Position numbers and translations under genes: made by a program
Part shown: positions 27,695-40,100 of the stretch, one piece after another
How the letters are laid out: every line of letters starts with the position of its first letter
Position numbering within the stretch: position 1 is the stretch's first letter
The notes under the pieces: generated by a model
The model's input: only the letters and a program-made list of their open reading frames with translations
Databases searched by the model: none
What the model was told of the DNA's origin: nothing
DNA from: Octopus sinensis
Taxonomy: Eukaryota
Length of the DNA: 64,000 nucleotides
Direction of reading: 5' to 3'
Assembly (NCBI RefSeq): GCF_006345805.1
Contig: NC_043000.1
Span: forward strand, 64,666,001-64,730,000

Positions 27695-28022
27695 AGCTAA
27701 CATAACTAAGGTTATTTTCAACAAACTTTCTGACTACTGTGAATAGATTTTGGAGAGTACTGCTAACACATCACTGTTTAGAGTTCTCTCCACACACCAA
27801 ACATCCTGGATTGGTTCCAAGTGATAGTTATTTTAAAAAAAGTCTATAGCATTTTATGACAACAATAACTTATCATATATCACAGTGCTCTACTGTCACT
27901 CTTTTTAATAAATGAAAAATGCTTCCTGTTTTTCTTAACACAGCTTCCTTGATGTCTTCTACCATTAATACATTAATGACATGTGCCACTCTCCAGGCAT
28001 TTAGTTTTCTCCTACATCTTAC

Positions 28023-28080
28023 CTTGCCAGACTTTGAAGCAGACTGTCTGGTGGTGGTGATACTTTACTGCTTACACAGA
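28023..28080 (-). CDS. Candidate penultimate exon (CVSSKVSPPPDSLLQSLA-R) phase-compatible with 26550-26667
   Basis: Strong donor AAG|gtaaga. The phase-2 end joins in frame to the terminal exon (AG|A = Arg). The acceptor gctgattag| is weak. Confidence 0.35.
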
Positions 28081-28311
28081 CTAATCAGCATTATTTTATA
28101 TTAGTTCTATACTACTATTAATCCATTAACAGTCTGTATTAGTATCAATCCATCACACCAACAAATTGCTTCCTATAGGGATATCACATAAAAGCAATAT
28201 AAATAAGTAATATATTTCCAAAATATCTCTTTTAACTCTGTGTAAACTGACTGATAAGACAAAGCAAAGGAGCAAATAAACGAGAGCACAAACAATACAT
28301 ACATACATACA

Positions 28312-28343
<32 letters not shown>

Positions 28344-29699
28344 AAGCATGTATATATATGTGTGTGTATATACACACATACATACACACATACATACATA
28401 CACACACACATACACACACACATACACACACATACAGAAAGAGAGGGAGAGAGAGGGGGTAAAAAGAATGAAATGAAGAGATAGGGGGAGATTGAGAGCA
28501 AATTAAAAAGAATGAGCCAAGTAGTAGAACAAAGTGTGTTAAGAGTGAAACTGGAAAGAAAGACATGTTGCCAAAGGGAATAATTAGTCTTGCAGCCACA
28601 ATTGCCAGTTGTAATGTTAACAATCTACTACTGCCACCGACGCATGCATATTTTAAATAGATTTGGCTAAATTCCAAAAGAAGATACAGATATGCAAACG
28701 AACAGTAGAAATGAAAATATGTTCATGCGGTATTAAGGAATCTATGATAATTTGATGGTCAGGTGTTGAGAAACAGTCAAAGAAAGTCAGTCAGGCTGTG
28801 TGCCAAACTTGGCAGTTCAGAAGAGTGCCAAGAGTTAAAATGGAGCTGGTGTTGTAAACATTCCATCCAATCCCTATTTTAGGCTTTAATAATTTCATTA
28901 ATTTTAGTACAATACATATTGAAAAGTCATATGGTGAAAGAAAACATTTGCTCAATAGCTTTGATTTGCCAGCAAGTTTGTCTTAGGTCAGACATGAGAA
29001 CATTGTGCCTCATAGATGAGAGAGTAACACTTGAAGATGAATAGAGAGATGATCCGTTGCAGACCTGTCTGAGCCAAACCAACTCTAGACATACAATAAA
29101 ACACTGATTGTCTCTGTCTTTATAGAAAATGAACATAAAGCGTTAAAATAAAGATCAAAAGGTTGAGCATAAACTTTGTGAGATAGCACAAATGCAACAG
29201 ACAACTGTTTTTAATGCTTATATCAATATTCCCAAAACTTATTTAGTTCTGATGCAGAATAATAATATTGAATTTATTGCACAAAATACACAGATGTCTA
29301 TGCAATTAGTTTGAAATTGAGTGCAAGCATGTTTAAGTGTTTAGAAAGTTTGCTTTGCAAATATGTGGTTCCAGATTTGATCTTACATCTTACTGCATGG
29401 TAAATTGGGAAAAAGGACTTCTACCATGGTGTCACATTAACCAATACCTTGTGAAAGCTATTTAGTAAATGAAAATAGTATGGAATCCCATTATATATAT
29501 ATATATATCATCATCATCATTTAACGTCTGCTTTCCATGCTAGCATGGGTTGAACAATTTTGACTGAGGGCTGGCGAACCAGATGGCTGCACCAGGCTCC
29601 AATCTTGATCTGGCAAGTTTCTACAGCTGGATGCCCTTCCTAACACCAACCACTCCAAGAGTGTAGTGGGCGCTTTTTATATATGTATATATAGTTGAA

Positions 29700-29890
29700 A
29701 TTTACAGAAAATCAAAAGACGAAGACAGGTGTATAAACAACAAACAGGTGTATTAGTTTAACGCTCAGGAAGATGAGAAAGTCTTTTATGTTTCGAGCCT
29801 ACGCTCTTCAACAGAAAGGAATACAAGGAAATAAACAGAAAAAGAATTAAAAAAACTTGTGGATCTAGAGGTCAATCATGGCGACTAAGG
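29700..29890 (-). mobile_element. Penelope-like repeat fragment inside a (TA)n tract, carrying a variant hammerhead
   Basis: Shares acgctcagga.. with 56600-56670 and contains the motif at 29783-29818. Family assignment is an inference from the hammerhead motif. Confidence 0.45.
29783..29818 (-). ncRNA. Variant/degenerate minimal type I hammerhead motif
   Basis: CTTT-CTGTTGA-A-GAGC/GTAG/GCTC-GAAAC-ATA-AAAG. Stems I and II pair, but core position A6 is U and G16.2 is A. Confidence 0.4.
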
Positions 29891-30069
29891 ATAATATAAC
29901 ATGAGGGTCAAAAATAACAGGCTCTAATAGTAGATCACATTTTTTTCTGCCCCACATACCAGCTTTAAATTGCTGAGTTTACATTCAAAGATCATTATAG
30001 AAGAACGCTCTTTATAATTATTATACAGTTGAATGCTGCTCAGTCAAATAATGACATAAGAACTCTTAT

Positions 30070-30512
30070 ACATAAGTTACCAGATTTTTACTAGGAAGAA
30101 GATTTGGGACAAAGTGGTGAGAAAGGATCTACAAATGTGGGACTCACAGAGGGGATGAAAGGGGACTGAGATTCTCAACAGTTTGCTGTGCTTGAAAAGA
30201 CACATCAAGCAAAGTAAAAGCATGGTTGCCCTTGTATACAGGCTCATCCCTTGCAACTCTCTCCAGCTGAGCATCCCTAATCTTGTGGGCTCATAAGTGC
30301 TGGTGCCATATAAAAAGTACCCATACCGGTGCTGCATAAAAGCAATCCTGTACACTCTACAAAGTGGTTGGCATTAAGAAGGGCATCCAGATGTAGAAAC
30401 CATGCAAAAACAGACATGGAGCCTGAAACAGCTCTTCAGCTAGTCAGCTTCTGTGAAAACGTCCAACCCATGCCAGCATAAAAAAAGACGTTAAATGATG
30501 ATGATGATGATG
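30070..30512 (+). mobile_element. RTE LINE 3' UTR fragment ending in (ATG)n
   Basis: Homologous to the 3' UTR contiguous with the RTE ORF at 62914-64000 and 44270-46200. Many shorter copies (20420, 21620, 27200, 29515, 31030, 43880, 49060, 50215, 52690, 59250). Confidence 0.7.
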
Positions 30513-31241
30513 ATATATATATATATATATATAAAAGCAAAAATGAGGTTCTGTCAAGCCTTCCCCAACAATTCATCTTTTAACGCCCATCCTTTCATCA
30601 ATCTTCTAACTATTGTACTAGTCCCTCAGGTGCTGTAATTAACACCATTTATCCACCTGCACTTCATATTTTATCTCTATTACTATACTCTTATCACCTC
30701 CTCATCCTTCCTGACACACTCCTATTTCCTTCTCTCCATACCAAATGATATTCTCTGTATCCATTTCACTCTCCATTTCTAATCATCTGTCACACTCTGA
30801 CAAGCTTACTTGCTAACCTTCTCTTTCTGTTACTATTCTCTCTCTCTCTCTCTCTCTCATGCTTACCTTGGTCACCTTGTTCCTTGAGGCTACACACTTA
30901 ACATCTCTTTCTTTCCAGTTGCGGGAAGCCTGTTCCCGGCTTTCTATCATATCTTCACATCCTTCAATACTATACCCACCTCTCCCATCCTCTGTTGAGT
31001 GGTGGGAGGGAGGTCTTGTGAGTATTTGATGACATTACCAGTGCTGTGGCATTAGGAAGGACATTCAGTTTTAGAAATCATACCAAAGTATGCATTGGAG
31101 CTTGGTTCAGCCCACTGGCTTGTCAGTTCCTGTTAAATCATCCAACCCATGCCAACATAGAAAAAGAGATGTTAAGCGATGATGATATATATTACTTGTG
31201 TGTGTGTGTCTTTTGCTGATGTATATTGTCAGAGGATTTAA

Positions 31242-31862
31242 CCCTTTAGTATACAGATTAGTCTCTCAAATGTAATGTGATTTTATTCACATTCCTTTAA
31301 ATTAATCATGCATTATCTTGGAACTTTGAGATTTTGATGATTTAATTGTTTATTTAAACATGACATTGTAAGGTAGGTGTGAGAAGCTAGGTCTTCTGCT
31401 TTGAACATAAAACAGGCAGTATATTTGGACCGAATAGGAAAGGAAGCACTCCGTCGGTTACGACGATGAGGGTTCCGGTTGATCCGAATCAACGGAACAG
31501 GCTGCTTGTGAAATTAACGTGTAAGTGGCTGAGCACTCCACAGACATGTGTACCGTTAACGTAGTTCTCGGGGATATTCAGCGTGACACAGAGAGTGACA
31601 AGGCCGGCCCTTTGAAATACAGGTACAACAGAAACAGGAAGTAAGAATGAGAGAAAGTTGTGGTGAAAGAGTACAGCAGGGATCACCACCATCCCCTGCC
31701 AGAGCCTCGTGGAGCTTTAGGTGTTTTCGCTCAATAAACACTCAGAACGCTCGGTCTGGGAATCGAAACCGCGATCCTATGACCGTGAGTCCGCTGCCCT
31801 AACCACTGGGCCATTGCGCCTCCACATTTGGACCGAATATGGCCAGTTTAAATGTTAAAGGG
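31242..31862. mobile_element. TTAA-flanked MITE interrupted by a SINE
   Basis: TTAA|CCCTTTAG ... TTAAAGGG|TTAA. Second copy at ~49414-50048 also carries a SINE; partial copy at 33830-33970. Confidence 0.7.
31437..31825 (-). mobile_element. Young full-length tRNA-headed SINE with 14-bp TSD
   Basis: TSD ATTTGGACCGAATA at 31423-31436 and 31826-31839. Head GGAGGCGCAATGGCCCAGTGGTTAGGG...GGTTTCGATTCCCAG with A and B boxes. CpGs are retained. Confidence 0.9.
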
Positions 31863-32809
31863 TTAAACAACAGCAAGAAACTGAAAAACAAGGGCCTTTT
31901 GGATAAAATCCCTTGCGGTTCTCTAGTGACAATCCTTTACTACTCTAACTACCCAGAATGCAGTGAATCAATGATTGTCCTATTGGAAACCAGTAATCAA
32001 TGTTGTTATTGTTCACTAAAGCAAAAAACAATGAGATATCTTATCTATGCTTGAGACACTGCTTGTTCATAAGCAGTTCTATGTTTCGATTTGTGAATCA
32101 AGTGGTTTCAGTCCTCCCCTGATGAAAATAAAGGAACCATTTGGCTTTAATAATGGTCACAGTTGTTATTCCTTGGCTTGCAGGAAATATTTGCTGTTAT
32201 AACTCTAATATTATTTTTGTAATGTGAGTCTAAATATACTGAAACATATCTACATGCTATATACATTATTTAACATGTGTAAAATAACATGCAGGCATGA
32301 CTGTTGTGGCTAAGAAGCTCACTTTTGCAACCACATGATTTTGAGTTCAGCCTCACTGCTTGGTACCCCAAGCCAACCTATGCCTGTGAGTGAATTTGGT
32401 AGAAAGAAACTACATGGAAGCCCATCACACATGCACGCATGCGCGTGTGTGTCCCACTCCACTTGACAACCAATGTTGGTTTGTTTACATTCTTATGTTA
32501 GTGGTTTCAGTTAACAAGACCAATGGAATAAATACCAGACTTTAAAAAATATGTACTGAAGTTAATTTGTTCAGTTAAAAATGGTGCTCCAGTATGGCTG
32601 CAGTCCAATGATTGAAACAAGTAAAAGATATATGATGAATATATTTAGTTCATTAATTCCATTACCATTATGTTTTGAGACAGAATTTAAGCAAGACAAA
32701 ACTCATATGACTGTTTCTTTTCTGAGGTAATTAGAGAGGATAATCAAAACTACTTTACCTAAGCAGGTCAAGTAATAATTGTAGAAAGAGTCATAAAAAA
32801 GTTAACATG

Positions 32810-32955
32810 CGTAGGAGTGGCTGTGTGGTAAGTAGCTTGCTTATGAACCACATAGTTCCGGGTTCAGTCCCACTGCATGGCACCTTGGGCAAGTGTCTTC
32901 TACAAAAGCCTTGTGAATGGATTTGGTAGATGAAAACTGAAAAAAGCCCATCGTA

Positions 32956-33000
<45 letters not shown>

Positions 33001-33200
33001 TTGTGTGTCTGTGTTTGTTCCCCCAACATCACTTGACAACCGATGCTGGTGTGTTTACATCCCCGTAACTTAGTGGTTCGGCAAAAGATAATAATAGAAT
33101 AAGTACTAGGCTTACAAAGAATAAGTCCTGGGGTCGATTTGTTCAACTAAAGGCGGTGCTCCAGCATGGCCACAGTCAAATGACCGAAACAAGTAAAAGA
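32810..33200 (+). mobile_element. Dominant SINE, full length (older relatives at 32295-32630 and 33225-33410)
   Basis: Matches the 7745-8195 consensus. Confidence 0.85.
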
Positions 33201-33591
33201 GAGAGAGAGAGAGGCAAATGCTAAATATTTTAACGGTGGTGCCCCAACATAGCCGCAACTCTCAAACTGGAACTAGTTAAAGACTGATGGAATAAATACC
33301 AGGTTTAAAAAGAAAAATAAGTACTAGGGTTGATTTGTTTGACGAAAATCCCTTCAAAGCAGTGCTCCAGCATGGCTGCAGTCCAGTGACTGAAACAAGC
33401 AAAAAGTTAAAGAAAAGATAAGCTACAAGTGAATGTATTTATGAATGTAAAGCTGGTCAGTTGATTGAATTGCTAAATCAGAGAGAAATGCCTTGTGGTA
33501 ATTCTTAGTCTACGTTCTAAGTTAAAATCCAGCCAAGATAACCTTGTCTTTCTTACTTCCATGATTGTTACCATTCAAGTACAAGTTGATT

Positions 33592-33639
<48 letters not shown>

Positions 33640-35244
33640 TCTCTCTCTCACTCTCTCCTCTCCTACCAGACACATTACACACAGTATCAGCTACACTTCA
33701 TTGTGAGAAAGTCATAGGAAAGAGAGAGACTCTTAATGTTCTGTGTTTCCTTAAGCCTTTAGTTTTCAGATTACTCTGTCAGATGCAAAGCTTATTTATT
33801 CACATTGTTTTCGATTAATCAAATATTATCTTATAGCTTTGAGATTTCAATGACAAGATTTTTTATTTTGAGAATGAGACAGAAGGGTAGGTGCGACAGG
33901 CTGGATCTGGCCAGTTTGAGTATAAAATAGTTAAAATATTTGGGTCAGGTATATATATACTAAAGGGTTGAATTGGAGAATGACTGAGTGAAGGACTAGC
34001 AAACTCTTCTCATCTGGTGTGCTATGAAAACTGTCCAAAGAAATCAGAAATCATAGTGTGGACAGACTAATGTTCTGTAGAGTATGGAATGGTTAAAAGA
34101 AAAAAATTATCAATCTTAGAAAAAAACTAGTGAATGGAACCAGAGAAATAATATCTCTGAGACATTACTAAGACCAAAAAATAAAAAATTTAAAAAAAAC
34201 ATATCTTTATCATGCATAAATTAGTGTTTTACATATGAAACACTCATTTCTTGTAAAGCAGTATGTATTTGAAATTTACAGAAATAGATTTTCACACTTG
34301 ATAGTTTCTTATCTTAACTAATAAGTATTCTCTTTTTTTTTTGTTTTTTATTTTTAGTACTTAGATGAGGAATGATGGGAGGAAGGTTGGAAGTTATTCT
34401 TAGAGTGATCTGGTCATGAATACTTGCAATAGAGTGGACTCTGCTAAAGACACCTAAGGACCAAATAGTGATGCTAAACTGGGTGATGGTTTTATTCTAC
34501 CACTCTTAGTCTTTGATTATTTTCACAGTGTTATTCTCTAAGTTTGTAAGGAAATCTTATAGCACTGTAACTGACATGTAAGTAGTAAGAGGAAGTAAAT
34601 GAAAGGATAAAAAATAGCTTTGGTATCGTGCAACCTAATTAGTTGTGCAATTAAATAAAGTCAATGTTTGAAAATAATATGCAGACTGCAGCATGAGTGA
34701 CTGAGCACAAAAGGATACTCGATCCTGCTTCAACTATAAAGAGAAACAAATAAACAAAAAACAAAAAACAAAGTGCAGATACAGAAATATAACAAGCATC
34801 TCTTATTTCACTCTATTTTTACTAAATCGGATGAAGTAAACTGTAAATATATACTACAACCGCCATTGTAAACGTACCAATTGACTTATATTGACGGCAT
34901 AGGTATCAGACAATGGTAAGATTCCAGAAAGGCGGTATTGAAAATTGAATTGCATGTGGTGCAGCTGAACCGTTTCTCTTGCATGAGCAGATATATGACA
35001 CAAACAGCTCCTTCAACATATACATATGTATAGGGTAATCAGTTTATAACAACCCATGAAGCAAATGATACAATTTCTCGTATGTCACCAAAATTAATAT
35101 CAAATGTTTATGTTCTGTGATTAAGTATATAACATTTCTCTTTGTAAAACGTATATTAGTTACAGAACTGACTCTTAGGAATCTATGTAACTTCATTTGC
35201 ATGAAACAGTGGAAGAATTTGTATTTAAATAATATGCCTCCTAT

Positions 35245-35790
35245 ATTTTCCTGTTTCAATATCTTGAAGCTGTATTCACAAGTAATGGAAAATAGGAGGA
35301 TTCAATGCTAGAATGGCAGGTGCTGACACAGTAATGTGCCAGTTCCGGCATTCATTCCTCAAAAGAGGAGTGGTTGGTAAAAAAAATCCAAGCTTGTTAT
35401 CTTCAATTTGGTTTTTATGTCTATCTTCAAATATGGTCATGAATGTTGGGTAATGATTGAAAGAATATGATTGTGAATACAAGAGGCTGAAATAGGGTTC
35501 TTCTGAAGTATCTCTGGGGTAATGTTACTCAACAGGGTGCATAGCTTGAAGATTTGGGAATCTCTCCAGATCAAGCTGCTACTTCTCTGTGCTGAGAAGT
35601 CACAATTCTGGTATCATGGACATGTGATTAGAATGTAGTAGTAAAGAATTGCAAGATGGATTCTTCCGGTCTAATGACTATTGCTTCTGATAGACCTTAT
35701 AGAGGAGACCTTCCCAGGAATAGTGGGTGAAGAAGATAGATGGATGGCTTCCTATATTAAATATCTTAACACAAATTTCCTTATTATAGT
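35245..35790 (+). mobile_element. RTE-clade LINE, C-terminal fragment (second family)
   Basis: Translation KYGHECWVMIER...EAEIGF...GVMLLNRVHS...LLLLCAEKSQFWYHGHVIRM resembles the RTE YGxExW...LRWxGHVxRM region. Confidence 0.75.
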
Positions 35791-36852
35791 AAGCTCTTTG
35801 TATTAGCTAAATACCAAATTCTGTGTGTGAAAATATGTAGCCTAGTTGTGAGCATGTTTGATTCAGTCCAGGAATTGAACAAGGTTCATATCCTGAACTG
35901 CATTTTGCCTTTGACCAAATTATTAAATTTCCTGTTGCTCAAGTATTTTCACCTGCAGTGAATACTAGCCAGTGTGTTAGTGCAGCCCTTTCCTTCTCCC
36001 AGCTGTTACATCCTGATTGGTTCAAGAGTGAAGAGAGCTGAGAAGATGTCTATGTCTGCTCACAACAGAGGCATGTATAACAATTACCAAAAAGCATGGT
36101 AGTTGTTAGCAAGCCATATGTGCTTGTGAATGACAGCTGGCAACAACTGTACAATCTCTATGTAGTTAGATATTATCTGCATTAAATATGTTAACACTAA
36201 CTTTTATGCAGCTAGATAATATAATTGGATAATAGGCTTCTTGTATTAAATATGCTAACATTTATTGTAGAGAACATATTATCTAACTACTTTGTAGTTA
36301 ATAATGTTCACTGCATTAAATATGTTAATTCAAAAGTCTATTTAGCTACAGAGTATACTTCTTTGCTTTAATGAGTTAACACTAACTTGTATATAGTTAT
36401 ATATTTTCTCTGCTTTAAATATGTTAACACTAACTACTGTGTAAGACAATATGCTCGAAGTATTCTCACCATGATCATTTCATAGTACATAAATAACATA
36501 TGTAATAGAGAAAGCAAACAAATTATACTTCAGGCAAACTGTACATATTCTAAACAATCCATACTAATACACTCGCTCATCGCAGCAAATTAACTGCAGA
36601 AGCAGTTTCAAGCCAAAGAGGGAATCTTTATGTAGTCACTCGACTTGCTGCCACAAATAGAAGACAAATCTCCCTACCATCTTAAAAAATGTTTGAATAT
36701 ATTGGATGATGTAGTCTTTGATACACTTTGTCTAAAATAAAAACTGAATGGTCATGACTGGGATAATAATGATTGTAAGTCTGCTGTATCAGTTGAATTG
36801 GAACAAAAACCAATGAGTGAGGCTCTAAGCCAATCATGGGCAAACAGTGGCC

Positions 36853-37090
36853 TGTTGTTGTTATATATATGTAATGTATTGAGTATTAAAGGAAGTAGTG
36901 AGTACTTAGTATGAAAGATTAAGAAAATGAGAGAGACTGAAACAACGTGTTAACGATATAAGATACTTTATTCGACTGCCGTTGTTGTACAAGTTAATTG
37001 TTTTGGCGGGAAACAGAGTGAAAGTCCTTTTATCAAGGGAGACAATGGGTGACGTTGATTGTTCATGTTTGTTGTGATGATTATATAACA
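36853..37090 (-). repeat. 3' LTR
   Basis: Direct repeat of 41149-41386, differing at 3 of 238 positions. Confidence 0.97.
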
Positions 37091-37115
37091 TCTTCCTTTT
37101 TTTTTTTTTTTTTTT
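37091..37115 (-). promoter_or_regulatory. Polypurine tract (A-run + GGAAGA)
   Basis: Purine run immediately 5' of the 3' LTR on the minus strand. Confidence 0.8.
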
Positions 37116-37125
37116 ATTATTTATA

Positions 37126-40100
37126 TCATCTGTATCTACAGGGAATAATTATTCGTCGTCCACTTTTTGTGGTTTTATTATTTTGTAGTGTTGAATTCTG
37201 TAGTTGTGCTGTTTTTGTTTTTTCATGCGTGTTTGTTGACTTTGGAAATATATTTTCATAATCTAATTCTTCTGTTATGCGAACGTGTTCGTTTGTTTTA
37301 AGAATATGTTGTCTATTTCGTTTGACTGTATTTCCTTCCTCTGTTATTACTAAGTATGAACGAGGTTGCTCTAGTTTTTTAATTATTTTGCCCCTTCTAA
37401 ACCAATTGTTGTTAAACTTAATTCTAACCGTGTTGTGTGGTTTTAACTCTGGGAGTTCTGTTGTAATGTTTGATTTCTTCTTTTCGTGAGGCCTGATACC
37501 AATTTTGTCGTGTAGTATGTTTGGGAGATTTGTTCGCAATGTTCTATTCATTATTTGATTTGCAGGGGATGGTGCACCATTTTGTAATTTAGTCGTGCGT
37601 AATGCTAAGAGCGCTAACTGAGGTTCTTCGTCACTTTTGAATGCCTTTTTTAGCATCTTTTTTATTGTCTGTATATTTCTCTCAACCATGCCATTCGCTT
37701 GATGATAATGCGGGTTTGTCTTCGTGTGATGAAAATGCCAATTTTTTGCAAATTTTTTGAATTCAGCCGAATTGAATTCTGGACCGTTGTCACTTACAAC
37801 TGTTTGCGGAATTCCGAATTTAGCAAAAGTTTCTTTTAATTTTTTGATTACGGTTTTTGACTGGCAATCATTTATTTCGTGTAGATCAAAAAATCTTGTT
37901 GTATAGTCAATAATTGTGACATACGAATTTCCAGACAGGTGAAATACGTCTGTACCCACTTTGGTCCATGGTGTAGTAGGTATTTCATGATTTATTAGTG
38001 GTTCGGCTGCTTGTTGATTTTTGTAGTCAATGCAGTATGAGCATGTGTTAATCATGTCTTTGATTTGAGCGTTAATGCCGGGCCAGTATATACATTCCTT
38101 CGCTCTCTCTATGCATTTTTCGATACCCATGTGTCCGGTATGTATTTCCTGTAGAGCTTCTCTACGTAATGACTTAGGTACAATTATTCTTGAACCTTTT
38201 AGAACAAGACCATTGACGATTGATATTTCATCACGAACGGATACGAATGGTTTGATGTTTATTGGTATTTTGTCTTTTGGGGGCCATTCTGTTCTTGTAT
38301 ATGTGACGAGTGTCTGTAGAGACGGGTCGTCTGAAGTGGCTTCTTTATACTCTTTTAATTTAGTGTCGGTTATGGGGTAATTTTTTATTACTGCATGAAT
38401 GTGCGATTTCATATCTTCGTCTGGTACTTCTGGAGTATTTTGCTCAAGGTATGCACGTGATAGGGTATCTGCAACAATTGATTCTTTACCAGGTATGTGG
38501 TTTAGGTCAAAATCATATCTTTGTAATGTTAGTAGAAATCTTTGGATTCTGGGGGGGCATTTAGTGATCGATTTTTTGAATATTTGCTTCAACGGTTTAT
38601 GGTCATTTTCGATTCTGAAATGAGTTCCGTATATAAACTGATGAAATTTCTTGCATGCGAAAACTATACTGAGAGCTTCGCTCTCTATCGGACAGTAGTT
38701 TTGTTCCGCTTGAGTTGTTGCACGAGATGCAAACGAAACAGGTAGCCATCTTTCGTTGTGTTTCTGCTCAAGTATCGCTCCGAGCCCATGCTTACTAGCA
38801 TCTGTAGTTATTTTTATTGGTAGATCTGGATCATAAAATTGTAGCACTGGTTTTCTGGTAATCATTTCTTTTAGCTTTTTTATTGCTTCAATTTGTGGTT
38901 TGTCGAATGACCATAACGTGTCACTCTGTAGAAGCTGGCGCAATGGTGCTGTGACTTCGGAGTAATTAGATAAAAATTTACATAGGTAATTTGTCATACC
39001 TAGGAATCTTTGTAATTCTTTTTTACTTGTTGGCAGTGGCATGTGAATGTTTGCTTGTACCTTGGTTGGATCTTGTTTTATCCCTTCGCTGGTTAATATA
39101 TGCCCAAGGTACTTGATTTGTGATTCATAGAAGATACACTTTGATTTATTTAACTTTAATCTGTGCTTTCGGATTCGATCGAAAACTTGTTGTAGTCTAT
39201 TTGTGTGTTCTTCTAAAGTGTTGGACCAGATTATGATGTCATCCTGTGAATTTCTTGCTCCTTCTATGCCCTCTATTATTTTTGAAATTTCGTTTTGGAA
39301 AACTTCACTGGCGCTGTGAATTCCAAAGGGTAGTCGTGTGAAGTGATACCTTCCAAAAGGTGTGTTGAACGTTAAAAGATGGGAGCTTTCTTCGTCAACT
39401 GGAATTTGCCAGTATCCATTAGATGCATCGAGTTTTGAAAAATATTTAGGGTTATGCATTTGTGCAAAAATGTCCTCCGCTGTAGGGAGTTTGAAATGTT
39501 GCCTTTTTATGGCTTTGTTTAGATTCTTGGGGTCTAAACAGAGTCGGAGTTTTCCGTTGGCTTTTTCAACGATGACTAGGGAATTTACCCAGTCTGTAGG
39601 TTCACTAACAGGTTTTATGATATCTAATTCTGTCATTCTTTTTAATTCTTTGTTGAGTTTTTCTTTTATAGAAAAAGGAACCGATCTTGGTGGATGAATT
39701 ACAGGAGTTATTTGTGGATCCACTGTGATATGATGTGTTATTGACAAAGTGCCGATTTCTCCGAAACAGTCTTCATATTTTTCTAATTTGTCGTTTGTGT
39801 TCGATGAATTTATTTTTGAAATTCTCTGAATCAGGTTCAGATCTTTAGCTGTGTTTGCATCTATAACTGCGTGCGAGTTTGTTTTTGCAACAATGAATTT
39901 TATTTGCTTTGATAATTCTTTGTATTTAATGACTGCTGTGCATTTTCCTAGCACTTTTATAGCTGTGTTATTATAAGCTGATAATCGAGTTGAAGTTTTT
40001 TGCAGTTGTGGTTTTGGAATTATATTTCTATATTCTCTGAATGGCAGTACGGTTACGTCTGCTCCTGTATCTATTTTGAATGTTACATTCGAGTTGTTCA

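Noticed and set aside
31750-31825. tRNA-like sequence with A and B boxes (also 57582-57654)
   Set aside because: There is no complete cloverleaf or acceptor stem, and each is the 5' head of a SINE.
36170-36440. Five ~25-bp repeats (tgcattaaatatgttaacactaact-like) with variable spacing, superficially CRISPR-like
   Set aside because: Eukaryotic context, degenerate repeats, irregular 47-69 bp period and no cas genes. It is best explained as a decayed minisatellite.
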